Assembly: GCA_001643675.2 (NCBI GenBank)
Contig: LSRY02000028.1
Location: forward strand, 124,001 to 188,000
Length of the DNA: 64,000 nt
Reading direction: 5' to 3'
DNA from: Monocercomonoides exilis PA203
Lineage: Eukaryota > Protista > Preaxostyla
This document shows positions 63,566 to 64,000 of this stretch, piece by piece (the stretch's first letter is position 1; every line of letters begins with the position of its first letter). The notes under the pieces are model-generated. The model was not told where the DNA came from, ran no database searches, and saw only the letters and a program-made list of their open reading frames with translations. The position numbers and the translations under genes are program-made.

Positions 63566-64000
63566 TCATTCGATTTCAAAATCGCTATCTTCGCTATCTT
63601 CATTGATGCTGTTGTCAGAAACATCGTTTTCTGATTCCGATTCGTCAAATGAAAATGACTTCACAATTCTTTTTCGAAGTGACCTTTTTGAATTTGAATC
63701 GTCATCCTCATTTTCCGTCTTTTTTTGGCTTCTTTTTGCTGAAGTACTTTTTTCCTGTTCAACCTTCGATGTTTCAATCTTTTTCGATTGCTGAACAGAT
63801 GTTGTTGTTGTGGATGATGAAGTTGTTGATGATGCAGCTGAAGTTGCTGATGAAAGGCTTGACTGAGCAACCATTTTCACTTTTTGCATGAAAAGATCGT
63901 CTTCGTCATCGAATGAAATGCCTTTGAAAACAGACTTCTGAGTTGAAGCTGAAGTTTTGCCCTTCGCTTTCGGTGATGTTTTTGGTGATGTTTTAGCAGA
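63566..64000 (-). CDS. 3' end of a low-complexity Ser/Thr/acidic protein gene entering from beyond the window
   Basis: Open frame continuing toward the window edge and ending DSEDSDFEIE*. Confidence 0.6.
   Translation of the reverse strand, partial: SAKTSPKTSPKAKGKTSASTQKSVFKGISFDDEDDLFMQKVKMVAQSSLSSATSAASSTTSSSTTTTSVQQSKKIETSKVEQEKSTSAKRSQKKTENEDDDSNSKRSLRKRIVKSFSFDESESENDVSDNSINEDSEDSDFEIE

Overview
AT-rich, intron-containing eukaryotic DNA read with the standard genetic code (genes end in TAA, TAG and TGA). Short GT(TTG)-AG introns, very long low-complexity Ser/Glu/Asp proteins and a multicopy 'CG..E..PCKT' adhesin-like family suggest an oxymonad such as Monocercomonoides; this is an inference from memory, not a database result. 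Genes in order: HAT1 (3'-truncated), a decayed ROK1/DDX52 helicase, a HEAT-repeat protein, an interrupted adhesin-like surface protein, an INTS4-like gene, a degenerate Rab7-like GTPase, PP2A B'', an NPF-repeat protein, a membrane protein, a GON4L/DUO3-like gene, WASHC3, PABPN1, a greatly expanded Vps34, an atypical homeobox gene, a ~3900-aa coiled-coil/low-complexity protein, a second adhesin pseudogene and the 3' end of another gene. The most striking non-coding structure is a gene-free ~3.4 kb AT-rich interval (32.7-36.1 kb) with two fold-back elements. One is a near-perfect 410-bp palindrome (199-bp arms, 1 mismatch, TA-flanked, pogo/Tc1-mariner-like ends); the other is an older ~230-bp inverted repeat. 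No tRNA, rRNA or CRISPR array was recognised. Exon boundaries and family assignments were made by eye and need HMM and RNA-seq confirmation.
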